Source: an uncultured Chloroflexia bacterium (lineage in GTDB: Bacteria > Chloroflexota > Limnocylindria > Limnocylindrales > CSP1-4). From it: a stretch of DNA of 64,000 bases. Below, one piece after another: positions 9,794-19,125 of this stretch (position 1 is the first letter of the stretch; each line of letters begins with the position of its first letter). The DNA lies in assembly GCA_963749705.1 (NCBI GenBank), contig CAVVNQ010000003.1, positions 96,001-160,000 on the forward strand, read 5' to 3'. The translations under genes and the position numbers were made by a program. The notes under the pieces were generated by a model that worked only from the letters and a program-made list of their open reading frames with translations, ran no database searches and was not told the origin of the DNA.

Positions 9794-11026
9794 TCATGCG
9801 GCCAGGGCCGGCCCGGGCCAGTGGACGAGGAGCACGTCCAGCAGGAGCTCCGGGCTCACGTTCGCGTCCAGCAGCTCGCCCGCGCGCAGGAGCCGGGCAA
9901 GAACCTCCCCGCCGGCCCCCTGCGACCAACCGCGGGCGACGCCCTCGAGCTCCTCGAGCAGGGCGACATCCCGGATCTCCTCGGTCGCGCCGGCCTGCGC
10001 CAGCGCGAGGTCGCGCGCAAGCTCGCGCCAGGCGTCCAGCAGCGTTGCGAGCGCGCGGCGGCGTTCGGCCGCCGGCGCCCGGCCACCCGCGGCGACCGCG
10101 GCCTGGCCCGAGGCCTCCCCGGGGCCGGCACCCTCCGGACCGGCGCCATCCGCGGGTTCCTCGGTCGCAGCGGCGCGGCGCCGAGTGGCGCCACCACCCC
10201 GAGCCCGTCGCGGCGCGTCCTCCGACGGGACGACCGCCGGAGCGGCGAGCAGCGCGGCGAGCTCCGCGGATCGGCTCATCAGGTCCCTTGCGGCATGCAG
10301 TCGTGCCGCGCGACCACGGCCCGAGAGATCCAGCAGCGTCCGCGTGATCTCCCCGCGAATACCCTCGGCGTCCGGAGCCGTCGCGTACGCGACGGCGAGG
10401 CCGGGGCGACCTCCCGCCAGGCGGGCCAGCCGGGCTGCCGTCGGCGCGTCCGCGAGGCCGCGCGATGCCAGCAGCTGCTCGATGTCACGCGCCCCGACCG
10501 TGCCCAGCCGGATGCGCGCGCAGCGCGACCTGACCGTCGGCAGCAATCGCTCCTCGTCGTCGGCGCACAGGATGATGGTCGCGCCGACGGGCGGCTCCTC
10601 GAGCGTCTTGAGGAGCGCGGACTGGGCGTCGTCGTTCATGCGGTGCGCGTCGCGGATGATCGCCAGGCGACCGCCGGCCTCGACGGCAAGCAGCGCCAGC
10701 TGCGAGGCCAGCCAGCGCACGGTCCCGGGCTCCGGGTGGTGGCTGTTGCCGATCCGGACCTGGCCGCCCGGGCCCTCCGGATCGACCCGATGGATGTCGG
10801 GGTGGTTCCCGTGCTCCACCATCCGGCAGCTGCGGCAGGCGCGACACGGCCGGTCCGCTCCGGTCGCGCCGGTGCACAGCAGGCCGGCGGCGAGATCCAG
10901 CGCGAGGGCCTGCTTGCCCACGGACGCCGGACCCGACAGCAGGACGGCGTGAGGCACGTGCGAGCCCAGCATCGCGCGGACGGCCGTGACCGCTGCCGGC
11001 TGGCCTACGGTCAGGAAGCCGTCCAC
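9794..11026 (-). CDS. holB: DNA polymerase III delta' subunit
   Basis: HAVLLSGPASVGK, C4 zinc module (LLC...PCRACRSC), HPD, AHRMNDDAQSALLKTLEEPP, LLPTVRSRC. Confidence 0.88.
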   Translation of the reverse strand: MDGFLTVGQPAAVTAVRAMLGSHVPHAVLLSGPASVGKQALALDLAAGLLCTGATGADRPCRACRSCRMVEHGNHPDIHRVDPEGPGGQVRIGNSHHPEPGTVRWLASQLALLAVEAGGRLAIIRDAHRMNDDAQSALLKTLEEPPVGATIILCADDEERLLPTVRSRCARIRLGTVGARDIEQLLASRGLADAPTAARLARLAGGRPGLAVAYATAPDAEGIRGEITRTLLDLSGRGRAARLHAARDLMSRSAELAALLAAPAVVPSEDAPRRARGGGATRRRAAATEEPADGAGPEGAGPGEASGQAAVAAGGRAPAAERRRALATLLDAWRELARDLALAQAGATEEIRDVALLEELEGVARGWSQGAGGEVLARLLRAGELLDANVSPELLLDVLLVHWPGPALAA

Positions 11027-11054
11027 GTGAGACCTGGGTCGGGCCGAGCCGGGA

Positions 11055-13061
11055 TCAGCCCTCGGCGGGGTCGGCGGCCTTGCGGCGGGTCGTCCGTCGC
11101 TTGGGGGCCTCGGTGGCGGTCGGAGCCTCCGGCGACGCCGTCGCCTCCGCCGCGGGGGCTGCCGCACGGCGGGTCGTCCGTCGCTTGGGCGCCTCGGCGG
11201 ATGCCTCCGCTGCCGTCTCGGCGGTCGCGGCGGCCTTGCGGGTCGTGCGTCGCTTGGGGGCCTCGGTGGCGGTCGGAGCCTCCGGCGACGCCGTCGCCTC
11301 CGCCGCGGGGGCTGCCGCACGGCGGGTCGTCCGTCGCTTGGGCGCCTCGGCGGATGCCTCCGCTGCCGTCTCGGCGGTCGCGGCGGCCTTGCGGGTCGTG
11401 CGTCGCTTGGGGGCCTCGGTGGCGGTCGGAGCCTCGGGCGACGCCGTCGCCTCCGCCGCGGGGGCTGCCTGCGGGCGGCTCTGCGCGAGCTGTGCGCGGA
11501 GGAGCTCCTCGACCTCCGGGGGAACCTCGCTCCACGGTTCGGAGCCGCCACCGCTCCTCGGAGCGCGGTCGAACCGGTCCGGGCGATCCTGGCGCTCGGG
11601 CCGCGGCCCACGCGACGGCTGCTGGGACCGGCCTCCGCCGCCACTGCCGCCACCACGGCGCGTTGGCTGCTCCGTGAAACGGTTGACGCCGGCGCCCCGG
11701 CCGCCTCCGAAGCGCTCCCGCTCGATGGCCGCCGCATAGGCGCTTCGTGCGCCGCCGCGTCCCTGACCGCCGCGTCCCTGACCGCCGCGTCCCTGGCTGC
11801 TGCGACGCTGCTCGGCGATCAGATACTCGGGGATCTCCGGCTCCTCGAAGTCCTCGTCCTCATCGGGGAGCGGCGCAAGATCGCTCGCGGCGGGTCGTGC
11901 CGTCGGGGTCCCGAGCTGGCGATCCCAGACGGAGCCGAACGGCGTGGACCTGGGCGCCGGACGCGAGGGCGCCAGTGATTCGATGTCATCGAACGGCGTC
12001 GGCAGCTCGCCCTCGGCGGACCTGCGAACCGGACGTGCTCGCGTCGAGCGTGCCGCCGGTGCCGGTGCCGCGTCGGGCGCCTCATCCTCGGACGCGACGG
12101 CGGCCTCCGGGCCTACGGCGTCTTCGCCATCCTCGCCGGCCCCGACCTCGAGGCCCTCGCGCCGCCCACGACCGCGGCCGCGCCCACCACGGCGGCGGCG
12201 GCGGCGGTGCCCGTCACCGGCCTCGGTCGGCTGGTCACCGTCGACCGTTTCGAGCGCGTCCTGCTCCTCGACGTCCTCGTCCGTGACCTCGACCGGCGTG
12301 GCGACCGCGACCGCTCGCGACAGCCGCTCACCCGGCAGGGCGACCAGACCCGGTGCGCCGGCAGCTGCCGGGACCGAGGCGGCGGCCGCAGCGGGAGCGG
12401 CCGTGCGGGAGACCCCGCGCGACGAGCGCGAGGCGGCAACGGGCGCTTCGTCGCGCTCCGAGCGTCCGCGGCCACGACCGCGTCCGCGGCCACGACCCGT
12501 GCCCTCGGTGATCTTGTCGGGGACCTCGGTCATCGACAGGTCCTCGTCGTCGTCCGCCACCCGCCGGCCGGAACGCGTGGAGCTCTTGTCGACCTTCGCG
12601 ATCTGGGTGATGTCCATGAACAGGTCCGCGGCCTCGATGAGGTCCGAGGACGTGTTGCCGCGGAAGCTGATGACCTCGACGCGGACGCCCATCTCCTGGA
12701 CCGCGCGGATCGCGGACGCGAAGTCGCCGTCGCCGGACACGATCACCGCGACGTCAAGGTTGCGGGCCGTCTTCATCATGTCGACGACGAGCTCGATGTC
12801 GAGGTTTGCCTTGACCTTGCCGTCGCCGTACTTGCGGATGTCCTTGCTCACCACCTTGTAGCTGTGGCGCGCCAGGAACTGGTGGAAGTTGCGCTGGTTC
12901 TCGTTGTCCGGGTCCAGCCCGGTGTAGGCATACGCCCGGACGAAATCGCGTCCGGCCGTTGCCGACTTCAACAGCGTGACGTAGTCGATGTCCACGCCGG
13001 CCGCCTTGGCCGCGTAGAAGATGTTCGCCACGTCCACGAAGACGGCGACGTTCTTGCCCAC
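11055..13061 (-). CDS. NYN (LabA/DUF88, PIN-like) domain protein with long low-complexity C-terminus
   Basis: AGGAG + GTG; VFVDVANIFY, KANLDIELVVD, VSGDGDF, SSDLIEAADLFMD; ~490 aa Arg/Gly/Glu/Ala-rich tail. Confidence 0.9.
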   Translation of the reverse strand: MGKNVAVFVDVANIFYAAKAAGVDIDYVTLLKSATAGRDFVRAYAYTGLDPDNENQRNFHQFLARHSYKVVSKDIRKYGDGKVKANLDIELVVDMMKTARNLDVAVIVSGDGDFASAIRAVQEMGVRVEVISFRGNTSSDLIEAADLFMDITQIAKVDKSSTRSGRRVADDDEDLSMTEVPDKITEGTGRGRGRGRGRGRSERDEAPVAASRSSRGVSRTAAPAAAAASVPAAAGAPGLVALPGERLSRAVAVATPVEVTDEDVEEQDALETVDGDQPTEAGDGHRRRRRRGGRGRGRGRREGLEVGAGEDGEDAVGPEAAVASEDEAPDAAPAPAARSTRARPVRRSAEGELPTPFDDIESLAPSRPAPRSTPFGSVWDRQLGTPTARPAASDLAPLPDEDEDFEEPEIPEYLIAEQRRSSQGRGGQGRGGQGRGGARSAYAAAIERERFGGGRGAGVNRFTEQPTRRGGGSGGGGRSQQPSRGPRPERQDRPDRFDRAPRSGGGSEPWSEVPPEVEELLRAQLAQSRPQAAPAAEATASPEAPTATEAPKRRTTRKAAATAETAAEASAEAPKRRTTRRAAAPAAEATASPEAPTATEAPKRRTTRKAAATAETAAEASAEAPKRRTTRRAAAPAAEATASPEAPTATEAPKRRTTRRKAADPAEG
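11085..11469 (-). repeat. 153-bp (51-aa) near-perfect coding tandem repeat, ~2.5 copies
   Basis: ttgggggcctcggtggcgg recurs at 11101, 11254 and 11407; encodes five EAPKRRTTR motifs. Confidence 0.92.
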
Positions 13062-13117
13062 GTTGACTCCTACTGTGGTTTGGCGGCCCGGAGCTTGTCC
13101 GGCCGGTCCAGGGGGCG

Positions 13118-13579
13118 CTAGCTGCGGCGGGCCGTCGAACCGGCCGCCGCGACGGGTCGCCGGAGCGTCGGCCCGGCGGCGAGGAACCCGGCGCGCTCGA
13201 GGCGGGCGAGGTCCTGGGGATCGGAGGGTTGGGCCGCCTCGACCGTCGAGCAGCCCTTGTTGCTCGCGGACCGGAGGATCTCCTCGAGGAGGGCCTCCGT
13301 CACGCGATCTGCGTCGTGGTCCGGAGCGATGACGAGCAGGTCGATGGTCCCGATGTAGCCGCCGGCGACGACCGACGGGCGCAGCACGAGCAGCGCCCCG
13401 CCCGCGATCTCCCGCCGGGCCTCGGCAACGAGCACGCTCGCGTGCGGGAGATAGACGAGCTGGCGGAGGAGGTCGGCGGCATCGAGCGCGCCTCGGTCCG
13501 ATCCCCGGATCGACGTGCCGCCGAGGGCGGCCAGGCGGTCGATGTCGGTGATGCGAGCCTGCCGGATCAGGTACTCCAC
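13118..13579 (-). CDS. GNAT-family N-acetyltransferase-like protein
   Basis: IRQARITDID N-terminus, VLVAE...IAG strand, IDLLVIAP, LERAGF; acetyl-CoA loop is atypical. Confidence 0.7.
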   Translation of the reverse strand: MEYLIRQARITDIDRLAALGGTSIRGSDRGALDAADLLRQLVYLPHASVLVAEARREIAGGALLVLRPSVVAGGYIGTIDLLVIAPDHDADRVTEALLEEILRSASNKGCSTVEAAQPSDPQDLARLERAGFLAAGPTLRRPVAAAGSTARRS

Positions 13580-13737
13580 GCCGAAGGACGGACCTCATTG
13601 AGTGTGCGGTCAGTGCGGTTACGCTCCCACCACGACCGTTGTCGGAGGGGGCGGCCACGCCTGCCGCCGGTTAAGGGCCCGGGAGGGCGAGCGACACGAC
13701 GCTCGAGACAGCCAATCCCGGTGCGAACGGCGCCACC

Positions 13738-13765
13738 TTGCATCCACGGCGCCGAGGCCTATGAT
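13738..13765 (+). promoter_or_regulatory. Putative sigma70 promoter of liv operon
   Basis: TTGCAT-16 nt-TATGAT about 160 nt before the livK ATG. Confidence 0.5.
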
Positions 13766-13925
13766 ACGGCATCGATCCGCGGTGGTTCACATCGGGTCGA
13801 ATGGGTCCCTCGCCCGCGCCTCCGTCACCTTCCTGCCGAGATGTCATTCGGCTAACCGGGACGCGACGCGGGCCGCGCAGCCTTGGCGGCTGGCGGCAAT
13901 GCGAGGGGAGATGGAGGAGGCGTTC

Positions 13926-15173
13926 ATGAAGGTACGCGCGTTCGGCGCATTCGCACTGGCCGCAGGCGTCGTCGTCGCTGCATGCGGCAGCGGCACGTCC
14001 TCTGGCGACAAGACGGTGAAGATCGGTGTCGACCTTCCGCTGTCGGGTGGTGAGGCTCCCAACGGCGAGCCCACGCTCAATGGCATCAAGCTTGCGGTCA
14101 AGCAGGCGAACGATGACGGCGGCGTCAACGGATACAAGATCGAGGTGAGCGTCCAGGATGACGCCGTCAACGGCGTCCACGACCCGCAGCAGGGCGCAAA
14201 GAACGTCACGGCGCTGGCGGCAGACCCCGCGGTCATCGGAATGGTCGGCCCGTACAACTCGAACGTCGGCATTGCCGAGGTCCCCGTGACCAACGAGGCT
14301 GGTCTGCTTCAGTGCAGCCCCGCGAACACGAACCCGGGTATCACCAAGCCTGACTTCGGCGCCCTCGATGTGCGCAAGGCGAACCCGACCAAGATCAACT
14401 ATGTCCGCGTCGCCACGACCGACGACATCCAGGGACCCGCTGGCGCGCAATACGCGTACAACGACCTGGGCAAGCGGAACGTCCTGATCATCGACGACAC
14501 CGAGACCTTCGGCAAGGGTGTCGCGGATGCGTTCGAGGGTGAGTTCGTCAAGCTCGGCGGCACGGTTGCCCAGCACGTCGGACTGCCCAAGTCGACCACC
14601 GACTACACGTCCGCCCTTACGGCGGCCAAGTCGCTCAACCCTGACGTCGTCTACTTCGGCGGCGTGACCACGACCGGCGGCGGCGTCCTGCGCAAGCAGA
14701 TGGCCCAGGCCGGCCTCGGCGACCTCCCGTATGTCGGACCCGACGGCATCGTCGACGGCTCCGGCGCGACGGACGGCTCGTTCATCAACATCGCCGGCGC
14801 GGCGGCGGCCAACTCGTTCGGGACGATCGCGGCGATCCACGACATCCCGAACCCGACCGCGTTCAGCGACGCGTACAAGACTGAGTACAGCAAGGATCCG
14901 GGCGCGTACAGCGCGCCGGCCTACGCCTGCACGCAGATCATCCTCGAAGCTCTCAAGAACGTGACGGCCACGGACGACATGGCTGCGCTTCGCGAGGCCA
15001 TCCGGGCCTACGTGACGGGCGGCAACACGTTCGACACCGTGCTCGGCACCGTCGGCTTCGACGAGAACGGCGACACGACTCAGCACATCATCTCGTTCTA
15101 CGCGACCGACATGTCGCTCGCCGACGGGAAGGGTGACTGGGCGTTCAAGAAGCAGCAGGACTTCGGCAACTAG
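13926..15173 (+). CDS. livK: Branched-chain amino acid ABC transporter substrate-binding lipoprotein
   Basis: GGAGGAGG RBS; lipobox VVAAC; KIGVDLPLSG, VGPYNS, DDIQG, GTVGFDENGD. Confidence 0.9.
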   Translation: MKVRAFGAFALAAGVVVAACGSGTSSGDKTVKIGVDLPLSGGEAPNGEPTLNGIKLAVKQANDDGGVNGYKIEVSVQDDAVNGVHDPQQGAKNVTALAADPAVIGMVGPYNSNVGIAEVPVTNEAGLLQCSPANTNPGITKPDFGALDVRKANPTKINYVRVATTDDIQGPAGAQYAYNDLGKRNVLIIDDTETFGKGVADAFEGEFVKLGGTVAQHVGLPKSTTDYTSALTAAKSLNPDVVYFGGVTTTGGGVLRKQMAQAGLGDLPYVGPDGIVDGSGATDGSFINIAGAAAANSFGTIAAIHDIPNPTAFSDAYKTEYSKDPGAYSAPAYACTQIILEALKNVTATDDMAALREAIRAYVTGGNTFDTVLGTVGFDENGDTTQHIISFYATDMSLADGKGDWAFKKQQDFGN

Positions 15174-15185
15174 CCGAGGCTCGCG

Positions 15186-15219
15186 CGAAGGGCCGGGGAG
15201 GTTCCTCCCCGGCCCTTCG
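15186..15219 (+). terminator. Intercistronic hairpin (terminator/mRNA stabiliser) after livK
   Basis: cgaagggccggggagg-tt-cctccccggcccttcg perfect inverted repeat; no U-tract. Confidence 0.7.
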
Positions 15220-15272
15220 GCAATCTCCGGAGGTTCCGTTCGGGATCGAGTCGTGGAGGAGTCTGGCTGGCG

Positions 15273-16199
15273 ATGGACATTCCGACGGTCACCCAGCAGT
15301 TCATCAACGCCCTCACGCTGGGGTCGATCTATGCGCTGATCGCCCTGGGCTACACGATGGTCTACGGGATCATCGAGCTGATCAACTTCGCCCATGGCGA
15401 CGTGTTCATGGTCGGCGCCTTCGTGGCGATGTGGCTGCTCACGATCCCGCTCGGACTGACAGGCGCCCTCAACGACCCGGTGCAGCTCGCGCTGGTGCTC
15501 GTGCCGGTCCTGCTGGTGACCATGCTCGTGATGGGCCTGGTGGGCGTCGCGATCGAGCGGTTCGCCTACCGGCCGCTCCGCTCGGCACCGAGGCTCGCGC
15601 CGCTGATCACGGCGATCGGCGTGTCGTTCATCCTCCAGAACATCATCCAGGTGCTGTTCGGGCCCTCACCCCGGAACGTGCCGCAGGTGATCAGCTTCGA
15701 CAACCGGTTCGAGGTGCTGGGCGCCAACATCTCCTACCTGAGCATCATGATCCTGATCCTGACGATCAGCCTCATCGTCGGGCTCCAGCTGTTCATCAAC
15801 AGGACCAGCCTCGGCCGGGCGATGCGCTCCACGGCGCAGGATCGAGAGGCGGCCGCGCTGATGGGGGTTGACATCAACCGAACCATCGCCGCCACGTTCT
15901 TCATCGGCTCCGCCCTCGCGGGTGCCGCCGGCCTCGTCCATGGCCTGTACTTCGGCAGCATCATCTTCAACCTCGGGTTCTTCGCCGGGCTCAAGGCGTT
16001 CACCGCCGCGGTCCTGGGCGGGATCGGCAACACGACCGGAGCGGCCCTGGGCGGCTTCCTGATCGGGTTCGTCGAGGTCGGGGCCGCAGCCGCGGGCTAC
16101 GCCCGATGGTCCGAGGCCATGATCTTCGGGGTCCTGGTCATCGTCCTCGTGTTCCGCCCGACCGGCCTCCTGGGCCAGCAGCTCGGAGAGCGGGCATGA
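15273..16199 (+). CDS. livH: BCAA ABC transporter permease
   Basis: GSIYALIALGYTMVYGIIELINFAHGD, GRAMRSTAQD, KAFTAAVLGGIG, RPTGLLG. Confidence 0.95.
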   Translation: MDIPTVTQQFINALTLGSIYALIALGYTMVYGIIELINFAHGDVFMVGAFVAMWLLTIPLGLTGALNDPVQLALVLVPVLLVTMLVMGLVGVAIERFAYRPLRSAPRLAPLITAIGVSFILQNIIQVLFGPSPRNVPQVISFDNRFEVLGANISYLSIMILILTISLIVGLQLFINRTSLGRAMRSTAQDREAAALMGVDINRTIAATFFIGSALAGAAGLVHGLYFGSIIFNLGFFAGLKAFTAAVLGGIGNTTGAALGGFLIGFVEVGAAAAGYARWSEAMIFGVLVIVLVFRPTGLLGQQLGERA

Positions 16200-17365
16200 G
16201 CCGGGCGCCGTCGGTCACCTCCCGGGCGATGGGCCTCGTCCCGGCACCGGTCGTCGAGTTCGCCGGCAGGCACCGCTCGACCTCGATCGTGGTCGGCATG
16301 GTCATCGTCACGATCATCCTTCCCCTGATCGTGCTCCTGCCGCCGTTCAGCACGTTCAGCCGCCAGGCGGTGTGGATCGACGGGTTCGCGATCTCGGGCG
16401 TGTTCGTGCTGCTCGCGCTGGGGCTCAACGTGGTGGTCGGTCTCGCCGGCCTGCTCGACCTCGGGTACGCCGCGTTCTACGCGATCGGCGCCTACGCCTA
16501 TGCCTACGGCGCATCACCGTTCAGCGGGCTGCACATCCCGTTCTGGCCGATGCTCCTCATCGGCGCCTTCGCGGCTGCCGTGTTCGGCGTCCTGTTGGGC
16601 GCCCCGACCCTGCGCCTGAGGGGTGACTACCTGGCGATCGTCACGCTGGGGTTCGGCGAGATCGTGCCGATCGTGTTCCTCAACGCGGACACGTACACCA
16701 ACGGCACCAACGGGATCGGTGGCGTCTACAAGCCGGAGCTGCTCGGCTACACGTTCCCGCTGATCGAGCCGATGCCGTTCTACATCACGATGGCGGTGAT
16801 CGTGACGATCACGATGATCTTCCTCTACCGGCTCCAGGATTCACGCCTGGGGAGAGCCTGGCAGGCCATCCGGGAGGACGAGCTCGCGGCCGACAGCAAC
16901 GGCATCAACACGGTCACCACGAAGCTGCTGGCGTTCGCGCTCGGCGCGTCAACCGCCGGCCTTGCGGGCGTGTTCACGGCGGCCAAGCTGACGCTGGTCA
17001 GCCCGGACCAGTTCCTGTTCACGGTCTCGTTCACGATCCTGGCCATGGTCGTGCTCGGCGGCATGGGCAACATCTGGGGCGTCGCCGTCGGGGCGTTCGT
17101 GCTGTACACGATCCAGAGCGTCCTGCTCAAGCAGCTCAACCAGTTCTTCCACGCGATCCAGGCGCCGATCCTCAAGGACATCGACTTCGTGCAGTACCAG
17201 TTCCTGCTGTACGGCCTCGCGCTGGTGTTGATGATGCTGATCAGACCCGAGGGCCTGTTCCCAAGTGGGCGGAGGCGGCAGGAGCTCCATGAGGCGGAGT
17301 TCGAGGTTGCCGGCGACGGCGGAAATGGCGACGCAGGAACGCCGGCCGGGGAGGGTGCATCGTGA
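16196..17365 (+). CDS. livM: BCAA ABC transporter permease
   Basis: GLNVVVGLAGLLDLGYAAF, LRLRGDYLAIVTLGFGEI, SRLGRAWQAIREDE. Confidence 0.95.
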   Translation: MSRAPSVTSRAMGLVPAPVVEFAGRHRSTSIVVGMVIVTIILPLIVLLPPFSTFSRQAVWIDGFAISGVFVLLALGLNVVVGLAGLLDLGYAAFYAIGAYAYAYGASPFSGLHIPFWPMLLIGAFAAAVFGVLLGAPTLRLRGDYLAIVTLGFGEIVPIVFLNADTYTNGTNGIGGVYKPELLGYTFPLIEPMPFYITMAVIVTITMIFLYRLQDSRLGRAWQAIREDELAADSNGINTVTTKLLAFALGASTAGLAGVFTAAKLTLVSPDQFLFTVSFTILAMVVLGGMGNIWGVAVGAFVLYTIQSVLLKQLNQFFHAIQAPILKDIDFVQYQFLLYGLALVLMMLIRPEGLFPSGRRRQELHEAEFEVAGDGGNGDAGTPAGEGAS

Positions 17366-18366
17366 GCGGCACCACGACCGATACCGTCCTCCACGCGCGC
17401 ACCGTGACCCGCCGGTTCGGTGGCCTGGTGGCCGTCAACGAGGTCGACCTGGAGATCCCGCGCGGCGCGATCATCAGCCTGATCGGACCCAACGGGGCCG
17501 GCAAGACCACCCTGTTCAACGTCATCGCCGGCATCCTCGAGCCGACATCCGGCGAGGTCGACCTGGTGGGCAGACGGATGGTCGCACCGGCGGAGCGGGC
17601 ATTCCTCGAGCCCGTGCTGTGGGTCCTGCCTGCGGTGATCGTCGCGCTCGTCGCGCTCGGGCTGTACCAGGTGACCCAGAGCGAGGCCCTGATCGGGATC
17701 GCGATCCTGGGAACCCTCGGCGTGCTCATCACGACCCTGCTGTCGGCGATCATCCGGCCGCCGCGCTACCAGCGAATCCTGATCCGGCTCGGGATCTTCC
17801 GATCCGCCAGGCCCAGCGACATGGTCCACGCCGGCATCGGCCGGACGTTCCAGAACATCCGGCTGTTCCAGAACATGACCGCCCAGGAGAACGTGCTCGT
17901 GGGCATGCACACCAAGCTCCGGAGCACGCCCGTCGACGCATTCCTCAGCACCCCGCGGCAACGGGCCGAGGAGGCCCGGGCCCGCATGCGGGCGAGCGAG
18001 CTGCTCGCCCTCGTGGGCCTGGCGGGACGGGAGAACGAGACCGCCCGCAACCTGCCATATGGTGACCAGCGTCGCCTCGAGGTCGCTCGTGCCCTGGGCA
18101 GCGAGCCGGCCCTGCTCCTGCTCGACGAACCCACGGCCGGCATGAACCCGAGGGAGACATCGGAGATGACCGAGCTCATCGACCGCCTCCGGCGCGACCT
18201 CGGGCTTGCGGTCCTGCTGATCGAGCACGACATGCGGGTCGTGATGGGCATCAGCGACCGAATCACCGTCCTCGACCACGGCGAGCGGATCGCCGAGGGC
18301 ACCCCGGCGGAGGTCCGGGCGAACCCGCGGGTCATCGAGGCCTACCTCGGATCCCCCGCGGCATGA
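17362..18366 (+). CDS. livG: BCAA ABC transporter ATPase with hydrophobic insertion
   Basis: GPNGAGKT, RTFQNIRLF, LPYGDQRRLEVARAL, LLLDEP, IEHDM. Confidence 0.93.
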   Translation: MSGTTTDTVLHARTVTRRFGGLVAVNEVDLEIPRGAIISLIGPNGAGKTTLFNVIAGILEPTSGEVDLVGRRMVAPAERAFLEPVLWVLPAVIVALVALGLYQVTQSEALIGIAILGTLGVLITTLLSAIIRPPRYQRILIRLGIFRSARPSDMVHAGIGRTFQNIRLFQNMTAQENVLVGMHTKLRSTPVDAFLSTPRQRAEEARARMRASELLALVGLAGRENETARNLPYGDQRRLEVARALGSEPALLLLDEPTAGMNPRETSEMTELIDRLRRDLGLAVLLIEHDMRVVMGISDRITVLDHGERIAEGTPAEVRANPRVIEAYLGSPAA

Positions 18367-19106
18367 GCGGCAACGGAACGCCTGCCCGGACCGACGACGT
18401 CGTCCTCAAGCTGGAGGACGTCAATACCTACTACGGACACATCCACGCCCTGTCAGGGATCTCGATGGAGGTCCACCGCGGCGAGATCGTCACCCTCATC
18501 GGCGCCAACGGCGCCGGCAAGACGACGACCCTCAAGACCATCAGCGGCCTCCTGCACCCCAAGGTCGGCCGGGTGTTCTTCGAGGGGGCCGACATCTCCC
18601 AGACACCCGCCCACAAGCTGGTTCGATCGGGGATCGGGCACGCGCCCGAGGGCCGGCGGATCTTCTCGCGCCTGACCGTCCTCGAGAACCTCCAGATGGG
18701 CGGCTACACGCGCACCGCCGCCGAGATCAAGGAGGAGCTGGAGCGGGTCATGACGCTGTTCCCGCGGCTGCGGGAACGGGTCGACCAGAAGGGCGGGACG
18801 CTGTCCGGCGGCGAGCAGCAGATGCTCGCGATCGGTCGGGCGATGATGTCCAGGCCGCGCGTGCTGTTGCTGGACGAGCCGTCGCTCGGGCTGGCGCCGA
18901 TCCTGGTCCAGCAGATCTTTGCGATCATCCGGCAGATCAACCAGCTGGGAAGCACGATCCTGCTCGTCGAGCAGAACGCCCTCCAGGCGCTGGCCATCGC
19001 CCACCGCGGCTACGTCCTCCAGACCGGACGGGTGGTCCTGTCCGGAACCTCGGACGAGCTGAGCCGGAACGAGATGGTGCGCAAGGCCTACCTCGGCGAG
19101 GACTAG
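18363..19106 (+). CDS. livF: BCAA ABC transporter ATPase
   Basis: GANGAGKT, PEGRRIF, LSGGEQQMLAIGR, LLDEPSLGLAP, VEQN. Confidence 0.96.
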   Translation: MSGNGTPARTDDVVLKLEDVNTYYGHIHALSGISMEVHRGEIVTLIGANGAGKTTTLKTISGLLHPKVGRVFFEGADISQTPAHKLVRSGIGHAPEGRRIFSRLTVLENLQMGGYTRTAAEIKEELERVMTLFPRLRERVDQKGGTLSGGEQQMLAIGRAMMSRPRVLLLDEPSLGLAPILVQQIFAIIRQINQLGSTILLVEQNALQALAIAHRGYVLQTGRVVLSGTSDELSRNEMVRKAYLGED

Positions 19107-19125
19107 CGAGCAGGCGGCGCCAACC

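Noticed and set aside
8105-11677. 1190-aa plus-strand ORF and many other long overlapping ORFs (e.g. 22576-25896, 35650-37983, 54570-57230)
   Set aside because: Shadow frames of real genes in very GC-rich DNA; Arg/Pro/Gly-rich with no motifs, and opposite or out of frame to clearly recognisable genes
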